Positions 1 to 9,786 of a stretch of 64,000 nucleotides of DNA are shown here, piece after piece. The first letter of the stretch is position 1, and every line of letters starts with the position of its first letter. The position numbers were made by a program, and so were the translations under genes. The stretch spans positions 523,070 to 587,069 of the forward strand of contig CAWFJP010000031.1 in the NCBI GenBank assembly GCA_963816145.1, in the 5' to 3' direction. The stretch comes from an uncultured delta proteobacterium (GTDB taxonomy: Bacteria > Desulfobacterota > Binatia > UBA9968). The notes under the pieces are model-generated. The model made no database searches. It saw only the letters and a list, made by a program, of their open reading frames with translations, and was not told the origin of the DNA.

Positions 1-2
1 AG

Positions 3-146
3 AAGAACAATGCGTTTGTTTGGAAACCGATGGTGCGATCCGCCGACGGCCAGATTCAGTTCGCCTTTGGCGGGCCGGTGATCGTTACCGACAACGGCTG
101 CGAGTCGTTGTTCAAGCGCGAGCCTGGATTGGTGGCGACCGGTTGA
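3..146 (+). CDS. C-terminal fragment of an M24 family metallopeptidase-like protein (runs off the window start)
   Basis: Manual translation KNNAFVWKPMVRSADGQIQFAFGGPVIVTDNGCESLFKREPGLVATG* resembles the M24 C-terminal V.VT..G.E.L pattern. Confidence 0.5.
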   Translation, partial: KNNAFVWKPMVRSADGQIQFAFGGPVIVTDNGCESLFKREPGLVATG

Positions 147-184
147 GAGTGGTTCATGGCATGCTTTTGACGACGCAAAAGTCC

Positions 185-295
185 GTCATGCCGGTGAAAA
201 CCGGCATCCAGGACTGGCGGGAGGGATGACGAACAAACTGAAACCTGGATACCGGCCCCGGATCGAGTCCGGGGCAGGCTCTGCGCCGGTATGAC
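185..295. repeat. REP-like palindromic element, family A (GTCATGCCGG...CCGGCATCCA / CTGGATACCGGC...GCCGGTATGAC)
   Basis: Inverted arms visible; related copies at 1446, 4701 and 9642. Confidence 0.8.
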
Positions 296-352
296 GGGAA
301 TGGGGAACATCTCAACTTCGAACTAGCAATCGTCAATTTCTCGGGAGGCTTA

Positions 353-1349
353 ATGCTTAAAATTCACGCGATCTGCGATCTACTTGTTTTTCTTATTGTT
401 CGTATCGGGAGCAAATGCTCAAGAGCTAAAGCGCATCACCATGGGCTATCCTTCGCTGGCCTTTACTCAGAGCCATATCTGGGTCGGCAAAGAGCAGGGG
501 TTGTTTCGCAAGTACGGCGTCGAGGTCGATCCGGTGTTTTTGCGCGGCGGGCAGGTGGCGACTCAGGCGTTGGCGGCGGGGGAGCCGCCGATGGTCAACG
601 TCGGCACGGTGATCCAGGCCAACTTGAGCGGCTACAATGTCGTGTTGGTCGCCAGCATGGAGAATAAGTTTTATCAGCTGGTCTTCGTCCGCCCCGGCAT
701 CGCCAGCCTGGAGCAATTGAAAGGGAAGAAGCTGGCGATCAGCGGCTTCGGCTCGATCACTCATTATGCGGCGCAGATTCTCGCCAAACATCTTAATTTC
801 GAGATCAATAAGGATCTGATTCTCGTGCCCGGCGGTCCCGATGCCGAGCGCTTAGGAGCGATGAGCGCGGGAACGGTGGACGCGTCGTTTTTCAATCTGT
901 CGACGGCGCCGATCGCGCGCAAGATGGGTTTCGTCGATTTATTGCAGATCGCCGATCTCGGCGTCGAGGTGCAGGGCAACGGCTTGGCGACTTCGCGGGC
1001 GTATTTGAAGAGCAATCGCGACACCGTCAAGAATGTGATGAAGGGTTATTTGGAATCGATACATTTCATCTACGCGCGCAAACCGGAGTCGCAGAAAGTA
1101 TTCGCCAAATACATGCGCACCAACGATCCCGAGGTGCTGGAGAGTTCGTATCAAAATTACGTGAAGACGATTCCAAGAAGGCCGACGTTCACCCCGAAGG
1201 GAATCCAATTCATCCTCGACATGCTGGCGCCGCAGATGCCGCAGGCAAAGACCGCCAAGCCGGAGCAGTTTTTCGATGCGGGGGTGATGAATGAGTTGGA
1301 CAAGGAAGGGTTCTTCGTCGAGCTGGCGAAGCGGTATCCGGCGAAATAA
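353..1349 (+). CDS. ABC transporter substrate-binding protein, NMT1/THI5/SsuA-like (apparent +1 frameshift in the A run at 359-362)
   Basis: GGGAGG RBS precedes ATG 353; removing one A gives signal peptide MLKFTRSAIYLFFLLFVSGANA joined to ORF 384..1349; motifs GLFRKYGVEV, LKGKKLAISGFGS. Confidence 0.85.
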
Positions 1350-1354
1350 AAACC

Positions 1355-1386
1355 GTAAGGGGTTAGGGGTGAAGGGTGAGGGGTAA
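1355..1386. repeat. Heptamer-type tandem repeat (TAAGGGG/TTAGGGG/TGAAGGG/TGAGGGG)
   Basis: Four degenerate 7-mer units directly after the stop codon. Confidence 0.6.
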
Positions 1387-1445
1387 ATCTGTCACCCCCG
1401 CGCACGTAGGCAAAAACGTTCTCAAATGCCACATCACCTATCTTG

Positions 1446-1471
1446 TCATACCGGCGAAGGCCGGTATCCAT
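1446..1471. repeat. Family A palindrome, half element
   Basis: GTCATACCGGCGAAGGCCGGTATCCA. Confidence 0.75.
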
Positions 1472-1635
1472 CTTCGTTGCCGCCGCGCCGGTCCGCTATT
1501 GCGGGAAAACTCGATGTTGACAAGCTCAGGCTGACCTGATGGATATTGCAGCCGATTTTGACATTTTATTGTTTGAGCCGTTGCCGGGATAAGCCGACCC
1601 GTAATTTTCGGCGGCTACGGCGGCTCACTTAATAG

Positions 1636-3559
1636 TTAGCTTCCAACACGCACCATGAAGCTGCTCTCATTCCGGATCGAAAACTACCGCAATCTGCGCT
1701 TGGCAGAGTGCTCGGCAGTGCCCGAGTTTATGATCATATGCGGTGGAAATGGATGCGGGAAAAGTTCGCTGCTCGAAGCATTAATGACGGCGAAGGAGCA
1801 TGCGGGATCCTACGGCAATTTTTCATTTGACCCCAAGGCTGTCTCTGCAAATGCCGGGAAGGCAACGATCTCAATAAGCCTTTCTTTCTCAGCGCAAGAA
1901 CGTGAATTCGTCAAGCGCCTCCACAACGTCGATTGTCCTGAGACTGACGACATTGAAATTGAGATCCTCAAAGGCGGGAGTGCGCGCGTCCTGAAACGGT
2001 CCAAGCCTGCTAGCAGGCTGCTGAGTCACTACAGCACCACCGAAGGCTCGCCAGGCTTCTTTGACTACATCACTGCACACAGACAGACCAGCAAACAGGA
2101 TCTGAGTAGCTGGGACGCCACATTTCTCTCGGACGAAAAAGCCAAGCAGACCTTGGCGGGTGTGCAGAATAAATTTCAACAGACGAAGCAATATCTTGCC
2201 GGGCTCAAGATGTCCGATCTGCAAGCACTTCAGTCATCCCTCGCAGCGGGAGCCGCGAAGCACGTCGATTCAATGACGGACATTCGCGATACGTTCAACA
2301 GGTTCTTTGCTCCGCTAAAGTTCAAGGACGTCTACCTCGACAGATCGCCGTTCGGGTTCGTCGTGACCACTCCAGCGGGCGAGATCGACATCGATGATCT
2401 TAGCTCGGGGGAAAAGGAGATCTTCAACATTTTCGTGCGGTTTCATCAGCTTCATCCAAACGGAGCGGTTATTCTTTTTGATGAAGCGGATGCGCATCTG
2501 CACCCGGACCTAGAACGGCGCTATCTGCAGGAGTTGAGGCGCATCGCTAAGGGCAATCAGGTCATCCTGACTACGCACTCGCCCGAGATGATGATTGCCG
2601 CAGGATCAGAGTCCCTATACACGATTCACAAAGAGCCGCCAACCGATGGAGGCAGCCAGCTACGCCGCGTGACGCCAGACGACAATCTGCACAGCACGCT
2701 CGCGGAGTTGATGGGGTCCAGGGGTCTAATAAGCTTCAATCAACGCATTGTGTTTATCGAAGGAGATACCGCGTCGGCTGACCGCGAAGTGTACGAAGCC
2801 TTTTACCCACCGGCCGAGCACAACATCAGCTTTGTGCCAGCGGGAAACTCCTCGACCGTTCGGAAAACCGCTGAACGAGTCAATTCACTTCTGACGTCAG
2901 CGATAAGTTTTCAGCAGTATTTCTGCATCATCGACCATGATATTGAGCGTGGCGAGACGGACCCCAGCGGCGGCCGTCGCCTGTTTCGACTGCCCGTTTA
3001 TCACGTTGAGAATTTTCTCCTCAATGCGGATGTGATGTTCAAGGTCTCGTCGCAAATGCTAGCAAGCCAATGCCCGTTCAAGACATCGGGCGAAGTTGAA
3101 GCGGAGTTAAAGCGCCTAGTACTTGACGATGGTCACCTCCTTCCTTACACGAAGGCAGCCCTCGACGCTGAAATCGGGAGAATTGCTAAGAAGGCACACG
3201 ATGCCGTCTTCTCCGGAAGGACAGATGGCCTCGACCTGAAGGTACCGCAGTTCGACGTAACCAAGACTACAGCAAAGCAGGAATTGGAAGCTGCCTTAAG
3301 GGACGGCACGTGGACAGCCAGGGTGAAGGGGCGCGACCTACTTAGGTTCTTCTGCGCTCGTCACGGCCTCAGATACGAGCACTTTCGGAACAGCGTTATC
3401 GCGAATTTCGGAGAAGCGCCGGAAGGGCTTCAACAGATCATGGAGAAGATCAAAGCTGAAGCCCTTGCAGCTGGAACATGAAACGGTGAGTTGGAAGCTA
3501 ACAAGCGCTTGCATCCGACGTACTCGCGCGGCGCGCTCGTGCGCGGCTAAAGCGCGGCG
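1636..3559 (+). mobile_element. Integron-type gene cassette (solitary)
   Basis: GTTAGCTTCCAAC at 1635-1647 is the exact reverse complement of GTTGGAAGCTAAC at 3490-3502; one ORF lies between them, followed by an attC-like site ending in GTTCGAC. Confidence 0.75.
1655..3481 (+). CDS. ABC-type ATPase fused to a TOPRIM-like nuclease domain (OLD family / fused PARIS-like), putative anti-phage protein
   Basis: Walker A GGNGCGKS, signature LSSGE, Walker B ILFDEAD, H-loop TTHS; C-terminal FIEGD..D, IIDHD, YHVENFLL. Confidence 0.75.
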   Translation: MKLLSFRIENYRNLRLAECSAVPEFMIICGGNGCGKSSLLEALMTAKEHAGSYGNFSFDPKAVSANAGKATISISLSFSAQEREFVKRLHNVDCPETDDIEIEILKGGSARVLKRSKPASRLLSHYSTTEGSPGFFDYITAHRQTSKQDLSSWDATFLSDEKAKQTLAGVQNKFQQTKQYLAGLKMSDLQALQSSLAAGAAKHVDSMTDIRDTFNRFFAPLKFKDVYLDRSPFGFVVTTPAGEIDIDDLSSGEKEIFNIFVRFHQLHPNGAVILFDEADAHLHPDLERRYLQELRRIAKGNQVILTTHSPEMMIAAGSESLYTIHKEPPTDGGSQLRRVTPDDNLHSTLAELMGSRGLISFNQRIVFIEGDTASADREVYEAFYPPAEHNISFVPAGNSSTVRKTAERVNSLLTSAISFQQYFCIIDHDIERGETDPSGGRRLFRLPVYHVENFLLNADVMFKVSSQMLASQCPFKTSGEVEAELKRLVLDDGHLLPYTKAALDAEIGRIAKKAHDAVFSGRTDGLDLKVPQFDVTKTTAKQELEAALRDGTWTARVKGRDLLRFFCARHGLRYEHFRNSVIANFGEAPEGLQQIMEKIKAEALAAGT

Positions 3560-3565
3560 TTCGAC
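3496..3565 (+). other. attC recombination site
   Basis: AGCTAAC-AAGCG-CTTGCATC...GCTAAAG-CGCGGC-GTTCGAC: R''/L''/L'/R' spacing typical of attC, imperfect L-box pairing. Confidence 0.7.
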
Positions 3566-3792
3566 GTCCTTTATTGCGAAGTATCTCCGATAAGAAAGCG
3601 AAAGGTCAGAAGTTCATCCTGAGCTTTGGTAGAACGCTCATTTGAAACTGCCACGAATTATAGCAACAAGGAAAACAGGTAATGAACTGCTCCAAGCCTT
3701 TTCGGGGGCGATTGGAATCTCCGTGCTTGATTTCTGGCAATGGAGCGCTTCAGACCTTTTGAGTAATGCGACACGTGACCGCCGTATCTGAT

Positions 3793-4365
3793 CTATTGAA
3801 ACGTGATCAGATCCGAGCGGCTCAAGGTCGAGGCTTTCGGCTTCAACGGCTCGTTGTCGGCGTTGGCGCTGTTCTGATTCAATATTTGGAATTGGCCGAT
3901 GGCCACTTCGTAGTCGGTCGCGGCCAAGCTGGCATCCGTGGGCACCACGACGGTGTAACCCCGCAGTGTCGCTCCTACCGATGTATAGACCACCGAGCCG
4001 CTGACCTTCCAGCCGGTAAGAATCACGGTCGTAATCCCCTTGGCCTTGAGCATCTTGTCGAGGTCGGTGCTGTAGAATCGGTCCTGACCAACAGACTCGA
4101 CAATCGGATCGCCGGCAGCGGGAGCAACCGCAGGCAGCCACTTGGAAACGTTGGGAGCCCGAGTCGAGTACAAGACGAGCACACCGGCCTTTCTCGCCTG
4201 CGCCAGCAGCGAGACAATGGCCGGCACCATTATTTCAGTGCAAATCGGTTGTCTTGCGCAGATTGGCTCGACCACATCGAAGATCAACAACGCGGTGGTC
4301 GCGGGTTTGAGAACAACTCGGACCGGGTCCGGAAGGGCCGGCATTTGCAAAGTTATTAGCGCCAT
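3793..4365 (-). CDS. Isochorismatase / cysteine hydrolase family protein
   Basis: TALLIFD, DRFYSTDLDKMLKAKGITTVILTG, GYTVVVPTDA. Confidence 0.85.
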   Translation of the reverse strand: MALITLQMPALPDPVRVVLKPATTALLIFDVVEPICARQPICTEIMVPAIVSLLAQARKAGVLVLYSTRAPNVSKWLPAVAPAAGDPIVESVGQDRFYSTDLDKMLKAKGITTVILTGWKVSGSVVYTSVGATLRGYTVVVPTDASLAATDYEVAIGQFQILNQNSANADNEPLKPKASTLSRSDLITFQ

Positions 4366-4700
4366 ATTGTACCACCATAGTATTCCGCGAGTGTTAGGCC
4401 GCCGTTTTCGACGATGGTATTGATCGGCGTCCTGTTCGAGTCCCCAGCTGCCGATATCATGGACTTGCGATTACAACCGCGCCGAAGCATGCGGGCCTAG
4501 CATCACGGAAATCGAATAATAAATTTTACGCACACTGTTTTCTTTCAATCGAGCAATATCGCCGACGTGGGGGAGCTGTCAATCACATTTTGAGTTTCGT
4601 GGCAGCCGCGAGTTAGGTGCTGATGCGGGATCTGGCTCTCATATTAGTGTCGCTCTCGGGGATGGTTGAAATCCCTCCCCTTGAGGCGAAGTGAGGGTTT

Positions 4701-4851
4701 GTCATGCCGGCGAAGGCCGGCATCCATCTTCGCGCCCGCTGCAAGGCCAAACAAAACCTGGATTCCGGCCTACGCCGGAATGACGACCCCGAAGAGTCGA
4801 CTTCCAGTCGACGAATTTAGAACCCCTCGGCTTACAGCCGAGGGTTGTTCA
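4701..4851. repeat. Family A palindromic element followed by an AACCCCTCGGCT-TAC-AGCCGAGGGTT hairpin
   Basis: GTCATGCCGGCGAAGGCCGGCATCCA...CTGGATTCCGGCCTACGCCGGAATGAC, then a second hairpin. Confidence 0.8.
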
Positions 4852-4959
4852 GTTTTTTGTAATGGAAGCAGCGGTGAGTGTCAGGTTTCCGTCGCCCTAC
4901 TATTCTTCGGTGCGCATAGGGGAGGCGGTGAACCTTCGCTTCTTGGTCTTGTCCCAAGA

Positions 4960-5501
4960 TCAAAATGTTTTTGTTCCTTCGGGCGGTTGGACATCGAACA
5001 TGCGGATCACCGTGCCGATGGTGATGTAGTGGCCGAGCAGGCCGACGCACTCGATGAATTTGGCGTGGCCGAATTCTTTTTCCATGCGCGCGAACAAATC
5101 GTCCGGCAATAGAACTGCTGGTTCATCAGCGTGCGGGTGAATTCCACCAGTAGTTTGTCCTGGCCGGTGAACTTGTCGACGCCCGCATGGGCGCGGATCG
5201 CTTCGACGATTTCGGACTTGACGCCGACTTTGTGGGCGCGGATTTCGTGGCGCGACCAGGCGTAGCGGGCTTCTACTTCGCGCGCCGCGGTGAGAATGAT
5301 CACCTCGCGGACCGGGTCGGGGAGCCGCGAGTCGTTGCGAAAATAATCTTCGGTGGCGGCGAAGTACTGCGCCATCTCCGGCGAATGCATCAGCATCGAG
5401 TACGGTCCGCCGCCGCCGGTGCGGCCTTCGTGGATCTTGTCCCAGATTTTCTGTTGCTCCGTTGTCATGGATTCACGTGTCGCGTTCGGTAGTTTGCTCA
5501 T
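4960..5501 (-). CDS. Carboxymuconolactone decarboxylase / AhpD-like protein (frameshift near 5110)
   Basis: Paralog of 5663..6202 (GGGGPYSML, REVIILTAARE); the C-terminus LPDDLFARMEKEFG...EGTKTF* continues in another frame. Confidence 0.75.
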
Positions 5502-5553
5502 ATTTACCTTTCTAGGTTTTTGTCGGTGGTCCGGCGTCGTTGCGGTGGGTTTG

Positions 5554-5626
5554 TTCACCACGAAGGCACGAAGGGCACGAAGTTCGGAGATTTGGTTGTC
5601 TCAACCGTTCGGGTCTTTCGTGGCAA
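5554..5626. repeat. Family B palindromic element (CACCACGAAG-x-CACGAAG), degenerate right arm
   Basis: TTCACCACGAAGGCACGAAGGGCACGAAGTTCGGA...TTTCGTGGCAA. Confidence 0.75.
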
Positions 5627-5662
5627 ATTCTCTTTCGCACCAATCTCAGATGAAGACCTACT

Positions 5663-6202
5663 CTAAAACGTCTGGCTGCCTTCGGGCTTGGGTATTTGAA
5701 ACGTATTGGCGACGAAACTGATAGTGCTGTAGTGGCCGACGAGAGCGATGACTTCGACGAGCTGGCGCCGACTCAGCTCCTGTTCGGCGCGGGTAAAAAG
5801 CTCGTCCGATAGTCCATGCTCGCGCACCAGGCTTAGCGGGATGTCGACCAGGAGTTTCTCTCGCGGGGTAAAGCCGATGGGCGAACCTTTGGCGCGCAAT
5901 GTTTCGATCACTTCCAGGCGCACGCCGACTTGGCGGGCGCGCGCCTCGTGGCGCGCCCACGGATAGTGCGCGCCGAGCTCACGGGCTGCGGCGAGGATGA
6001 CGATCTCGCGGTCGGCGTCGCTGAGCGCCGAATCCAAGCGAAAATAATCTTCAGTGGCGGCGATGTTGGCGGCGAGCGCCGGCACATGCAGCAACATTGA
6101 GTAAGGACCGCCGCCGCCGGTCCGGACGGCGTGAATGTGATCCCAAATCTTTTGATGTTCGGGCGACAATTCATCGCGCTTGGCATGGGGAATGCGGCTC
6201 AT
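5663..6202 (-). CDS. Carboxymuconolactone decarboxylase / AhpD-like protein
   Basis: GGAGG RBS; DREIVILAAARELGAHYPWARH, LVEVIALVGHY. Confidence 0.85.
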   Translation of the reverse strand: MSRIPHAKRDELSPEHQKIWDHIHAVRTGGGGPYSMLLHVPALAANIAATEDYFRLDSALSDADREIVILAAARELGAHYPWARHEARARQVGVRLEVIETLRAKGSPIGFTPREKLLVDIPLSLVREHGLSDELFTRAEQELSRRQLVEVIALVGHYSTISFVANTFQIPKPEGSQTF

Positions 6203-6268
6203 ATTACCTCCTAGTCTAATATTCCGTGGTGTTTCGTGCGGCTTCGGCGCCGCGGTCAATAAGATTTT

Positions 6269-6351
6269 TCACCACGAAGATCACGAAGGACGCGAAGGTT
6301 TCGGATACATTTAATTTCCGAACTTCGTGCTCTTCGTGCCCTTCGTGGTGA
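6269..6351. repeat. Family B palindromic element
   Basis: TCACCACGAAGATCACGAAGGACGCGAAG...CTTCGTGCTCTTCGTGCCCTTCGTGGTGA. Confidence 0.85.
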
Positions 6352-6382
6352 GGTATCCTCATCATAAATCTGAAAGAAACGG

Positions 6383-7294
6383 TTACGCGGACAAGTTCAG
6401 CATCTTCAGCGCAGCCCGGCCGCCGATAGCGTACGGATTACCCAGGGTTTCCTGCATCTCGAAGTGGTTCAAGCTTTCGCCGACCAACAGCTCTACCGGT
6501 TTGCCGGCGGCTTTCACCGCGGCGGCGAAATCGCGGCTTTGGCGTTGGAACTCGGGCGTCTCTTCAGTGCCGTAGCAGACGGTGATCGGCGCATGAAGCT
6601 TGTCGAGGTGGCGGATCGAACTGAGCTGCTCTTCGACCTCGTCCGTGAATTTCACATACTCGCTGCGCTTTGACAGCCGAACCGGCTTTAGATCGTACAT
6701 GCCGCAGAGCAGTAGGCCGCCCTTTATAATATCGGGCGGCAGGCCGAAATCTTTTTGCCAGTCGGTGACCAGCGTGCAACCGCTCAAGTGCGCGCCGGAG
6801 GAGTGGCCGGTGATATAGACCCGTTGCGGATCGGCGCCGAAGCTGGCGGCATTTTTGTATACCCAAGCGACGGCGCGCCGGACTTGCTGCGCCATCGGCA
6901 GCAAGTTGCCGCCGGTCTCTTGGATCTGCACGAAGTCGAGGACGACGAAGTTGGCGCCGGCGTTGACAAACATCTCGGCCGGACCGGCGAAGTCTTTGGC
7001 TTGGCCGTTGCGCCAGGCGCCGCCGTGGACATAGACATTCACCGGGGCATTGGGCTTGTGAGTTTTATAAATGTCGAGCTTTTCATGCTCACTCGCGCCG
7101 TAGGCGAAGCGCTCAGGGCGAAATCGTTGCAAGACTGCTGCGCTGGCGGCGGTGCGGCGTTTGGCGAGTAAAGGTTGATTGGGCGCGTAGACGGTTTGAT
7201 CGTAGGCGTCATCGAGTTCTTTCTGATCCATGTCGAGCCAAACCAGCGGACCTTTACTGCGAGGCGGCTCTGCGTTCGTAGAATTGGTTGCCAT
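6383..7294 (-). CDS. Alpha/beta hydrolase, arylformamidase (kynurenine formamidase)-like
   Basis: HGGAW oxyanion motif, GHSSG nucleophile elbow, C-terminal NHF. Confidence 0.85.
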   Translation of the reverse strand: MATNSTNAEPPRSKGPLVWLDMDQKELDDAYDQTVYAPNQPLLAKRRTAASAAVLQRFRPERFAYGASEHEKLDIYKTHKPNAPVNVYVHGGAWRNGQAKDFAGPAEMFVNAGANFVVLDFVQIQETGGNLLPMAQQVRRAVAWVYKNAASFGADPQRVYITGHSSGAHLSGCTLVTDWQKDFGLPPDIIKGGLLLCGMYDLKPVRLSKRSEYVKFTDEVEEQLSSIRHLDKLHAPITVCYGTEETPEFQRQSRDFAAAVKAAGKPVELLVGESLNHFEMQETLGNPYAIGGRAALKMLNLSA

Positions 7295-7305
7295 GATCAT
7301 ACTCT

Positions 7306-8370
7306 CTAATTGACGCCGTAAAATATCTTGGCGTTTTTTCCCAGGATCGCTTCTTTGTCGGCCAGACTGAGATCTTCGCGGCTGAGAATATGCTGGAGCT
7401 CGATGCGGCAGGACTTGGCGTCGAAGCTCTCGTGCGGAAAGTCGGTGGCGAAGACGAAAGATTCGTTACCTGCTTCCTTGACCGCGTAGCCGAGGCCGTG
7501 ATCGTCGCCGTCGAAACCGACAAAAATTTTGCCGGCTTTGGCTTGGCGGCGGAAATATTCGCTGGCCATCACGTCAGGTTGCGAGCTCGGCAAAAAGTCC
7601 CCATGAATGTCGACCTGCAGATGATGCGGGTAGGAGCGATCGAGACGATCCATGAAGAAAGGCACCCAAGTCGCGCCGCCTTCGAGGAAACCGACGCGCA
7701 GTTTGGGGTAGCGATCGAACACGCCGTAGGACAGCATCGCGGCTGCTTGGGCCATGATGCCAAACGGATGGCCGAGGGCGTGCACCGGATAGTAAACGCC
7801 GATGCTGTCCATGCCTAAATGGTGCAGCGCGCCGACGTGAACCGCCAGGGGCGCGTTCAGTTTTTCGGCTTCCTCGTAAATCGGCCAATAGATTTTTGAG
7901 CCGTAGTGGCCTTTGATGCCCTCGCCGTTGGATGGCAGCATGGCGCCGGCCATGCCGAGTTCTTTTATCGCGCGGCGCAATTCTTCACAGGCGGCCTGGC
8001 TGTCTTGGATCGGTATCAGCGCCATGCCTTTGATGCGCGGTGTGACCTTGGTGAATTTTTCATAAAGCCAATTGTTATAAGCCCGGCAAGCGGCGATAGC
8101 CCAGTCCTCTGCGATGATCCGCCCGACCGCCAGGCCGGCTGTGGGATAGACGACGGTCCAATCGATCTCGGTCTCGTCCAAGAAATCGAGCCACTCTTTG
8201 GGCCCGACGTCGCCGGTGCGCGAGCGCTTTTCACCGCCTTCCAAATAATGAAAGTGAATGTGATCGAAGGCGGGGAATACCTGAGTGCGATTGCCCGCCG
8301 GCATGAATTTGGAAATTTCATCCATGCAGGGGCGGTCGTTGACATGGCCGTCAGCGTCGATGATTTGCAT
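7306..8370 (-). CDS. Amidohydrolase family 2 protein
   Basis: IIDADGH, AYNNWL, FLEGG, FATDFPH, ILGKNA. Confidence 0.9.
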   Translation of the reverse strand: MQIIDADGHVNDRPCMDEISKFMPAGNRTQVFPAFDHIHFHYLEGGEKRSRTGDVGPKEWLDFLDETEIDWTVVYPTAGLAVGRIIAEDWAIAACRAYNNWLYEKFTKVTPRIKGMALIPIQDSQAACEELRRAIKELGMAGAMLPSNGEGIKGHYGSKIYWPIYEEAEKLNAPLAVHVGALHHLGMDSIGVYYPVHALGHPFGIMAQAAAMLSYGVFDRYPKLRVGFLEGGATWVPFFMDRLDRSYPHHLQVDIHGDFLPSSQPDVMASEYFRRQAKAGKIFVGFDGDDHGLGYAVKEAGNESFVFATDFPHESFDAKSCRIELQHILSREDLSLADKEAILGKNAKIFYGVN

Positions 8371-8459
8371 TGTTCTGATATACCTTTCGTTGAAACTTGT
8401 ATGGGCTATAACAAGTTGTCTTCGCTGGTGTCAACGCGGACGGGGAAAGTGATTTAGAT

Positions 8460-8526
8460 GCTAGTGAATTAGTGAATGGTTCGCCCGTGTTTTTCTAATC
8501 ACTAACCCCTAGTCACTAACTCACTG
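8460..8526. repeat. Inverted heptamer-type repeats (TAGTGAA.../...TCACTAA) with no cargo gene
   Basis: GCTAGTGAATTAGTGAAT ... ATCACTAACCCCTAGTCACTAACTCACT. Confidence 0.55.
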
Positions 8527-8592
8527 CACTCGTGTTGACCGGAGAATTCGTGCCGTGATAGTTGGAGGTTTCTATCATCGATGGAGGATTTG

Positions 8593-9597
8593 ATGAAATT
8601 CGTCATAACGGTTCTAACTCTTGCGGCCTTGTTGTCGGTGTCGTCATCTTTCGCCCAGGATGCGAAAACGATTGAAGCAGCCAAGAAAGAAGGCGGCAAA
8701 GTTGTCATCTATGGTTCGCTTGAGACGCCGGTGCTGGAGGGTGTGATGCAAGCGTTCCGCAAGAAAACCGGCCTCAACGCCGAGTATTGGCGCGCCTCGG
8801 CGATGAGCGTGATGAATCGGGCGATTACGGAATATCGCGCCGGTAATCCGCTATTCGATGTCGTGCTCAATAACTCCGATCCTCTGGTCATTATGGCCCA
8901 GGACGGCATGCTCGCCAAATATGATTCGCCGACGGCAAAAAAATATCCCAGCGATCAAATCGAGCCACGCTTCGGACCGATCACGCGCTACGGTATCGTC
9001 GGCGTGGTTTACAATAAGAGTCTCATTAAACCGGAAGACGCGCCAAAGAGCGTTGAGGATATCGTCAATCCGAAATACAAAGGCAAGTTGGTGATGGCCG
9101 ATCCGACCCTGCATGTCACGACGATTCAATGGCTGAGCAGCCTGCACAGGATTATGGCTAAGGATAAGACGGAAAAATTCATCCGCGACTTGGCAGCCAT
9201 GAAGCCGGTACTGGTGGAATCCATGTTGCCGGCGTCTGAACGCGTCGCCACCGGTGAAATTCCCATCGGCCTGACCTTCGTCAAATTTGCCTATAGCGCG
9301 GCGCAAAGCGGCGCACCGCTGGACTATGTGCGGGTCGACAGGATGCTCGGTGATTCTCATTTCGTCGTGCTCGGCAACAAAGCGCCCCACGTGAATGCCG
9401 GTAAGGCGTTCGTCGACTTCTACCTCGACGATGAAACGATGAAAATTCTCGCCCAGAGCGGCGAGTTCGTGAATCGCAAAGGAATCTATCCACCTCTGCC
9501 GGGCGCGGAGAAGATTCAATATGTCCAGATGGACGTGCTCGAGTCGAAAGCGTTCGAGGAGAAGAAAAAGGAGTTCGGCAAGATTTTTTTGAAGTGA
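8593..9597 (+). CDS. Extracellular solute-binding protein (AfuA/FbpA-like family)
   Basis: Signal peptide, EAAKKEGGKVVIYGS, YNKSLI, KAPHVNAGKAFVDF. Confidence 0.85.
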   Translation: MKFVITVLTLAALLSVSSSFAQDAKTIEAAKKEGGKVVIYGSLETPVLEGVMQAFRKKTGLNAEYWRASAMSVMNRAITEYRAGNPLFDVVLNNSDPLVIMAQDGMLAKYDSPTAKKYPSDQIEPRFGPITRYGIVGVVYNKSLIKPEDAPKSVEDIVNPKYKGKLVMADPTLHVTTIQWLSSLHRIMAKDKTEKFIRDLAAMKPVLVESMLPASERVATGEIPIGLTFVKFAYSAAQSGAPLDYVRVDRMLGDSHFVVLGNKAPHVNAGKAFVDFYLDDETMKILAQSGEFVNRKGIYPPLPGAEKIQYVQMDVLESKAFEEKKKEFGKIFLK

Positions 9598-9641
9598 TGG
9601 TGCGTGGTTAATTTTATTTAGATGATCGAAAGATCGAGTTC

Positions 9642-9724
9642 GTCATGCCGGTGAAAACCGGCATCCATCTTCTGATGTGATTCGCGGGCCATAAACCTGT
9701 ATCCTGCCGTGCGCCGCAATGACG
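9642..9724. repeat. Family A palindromic element, degenerate
   Basis: GTCATGCCGGTGAAAACCGGCATCCA...CTGTATCCTGCCGTGCGCCGCAATGAC. Confidence 0.75.
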
Positions 9725-9786
9725 GAAATCGGTCTCGACTTCCGAACGGTAAGTTTAGAACCACTTAGTTTCAAGCTGCAGGTTCT

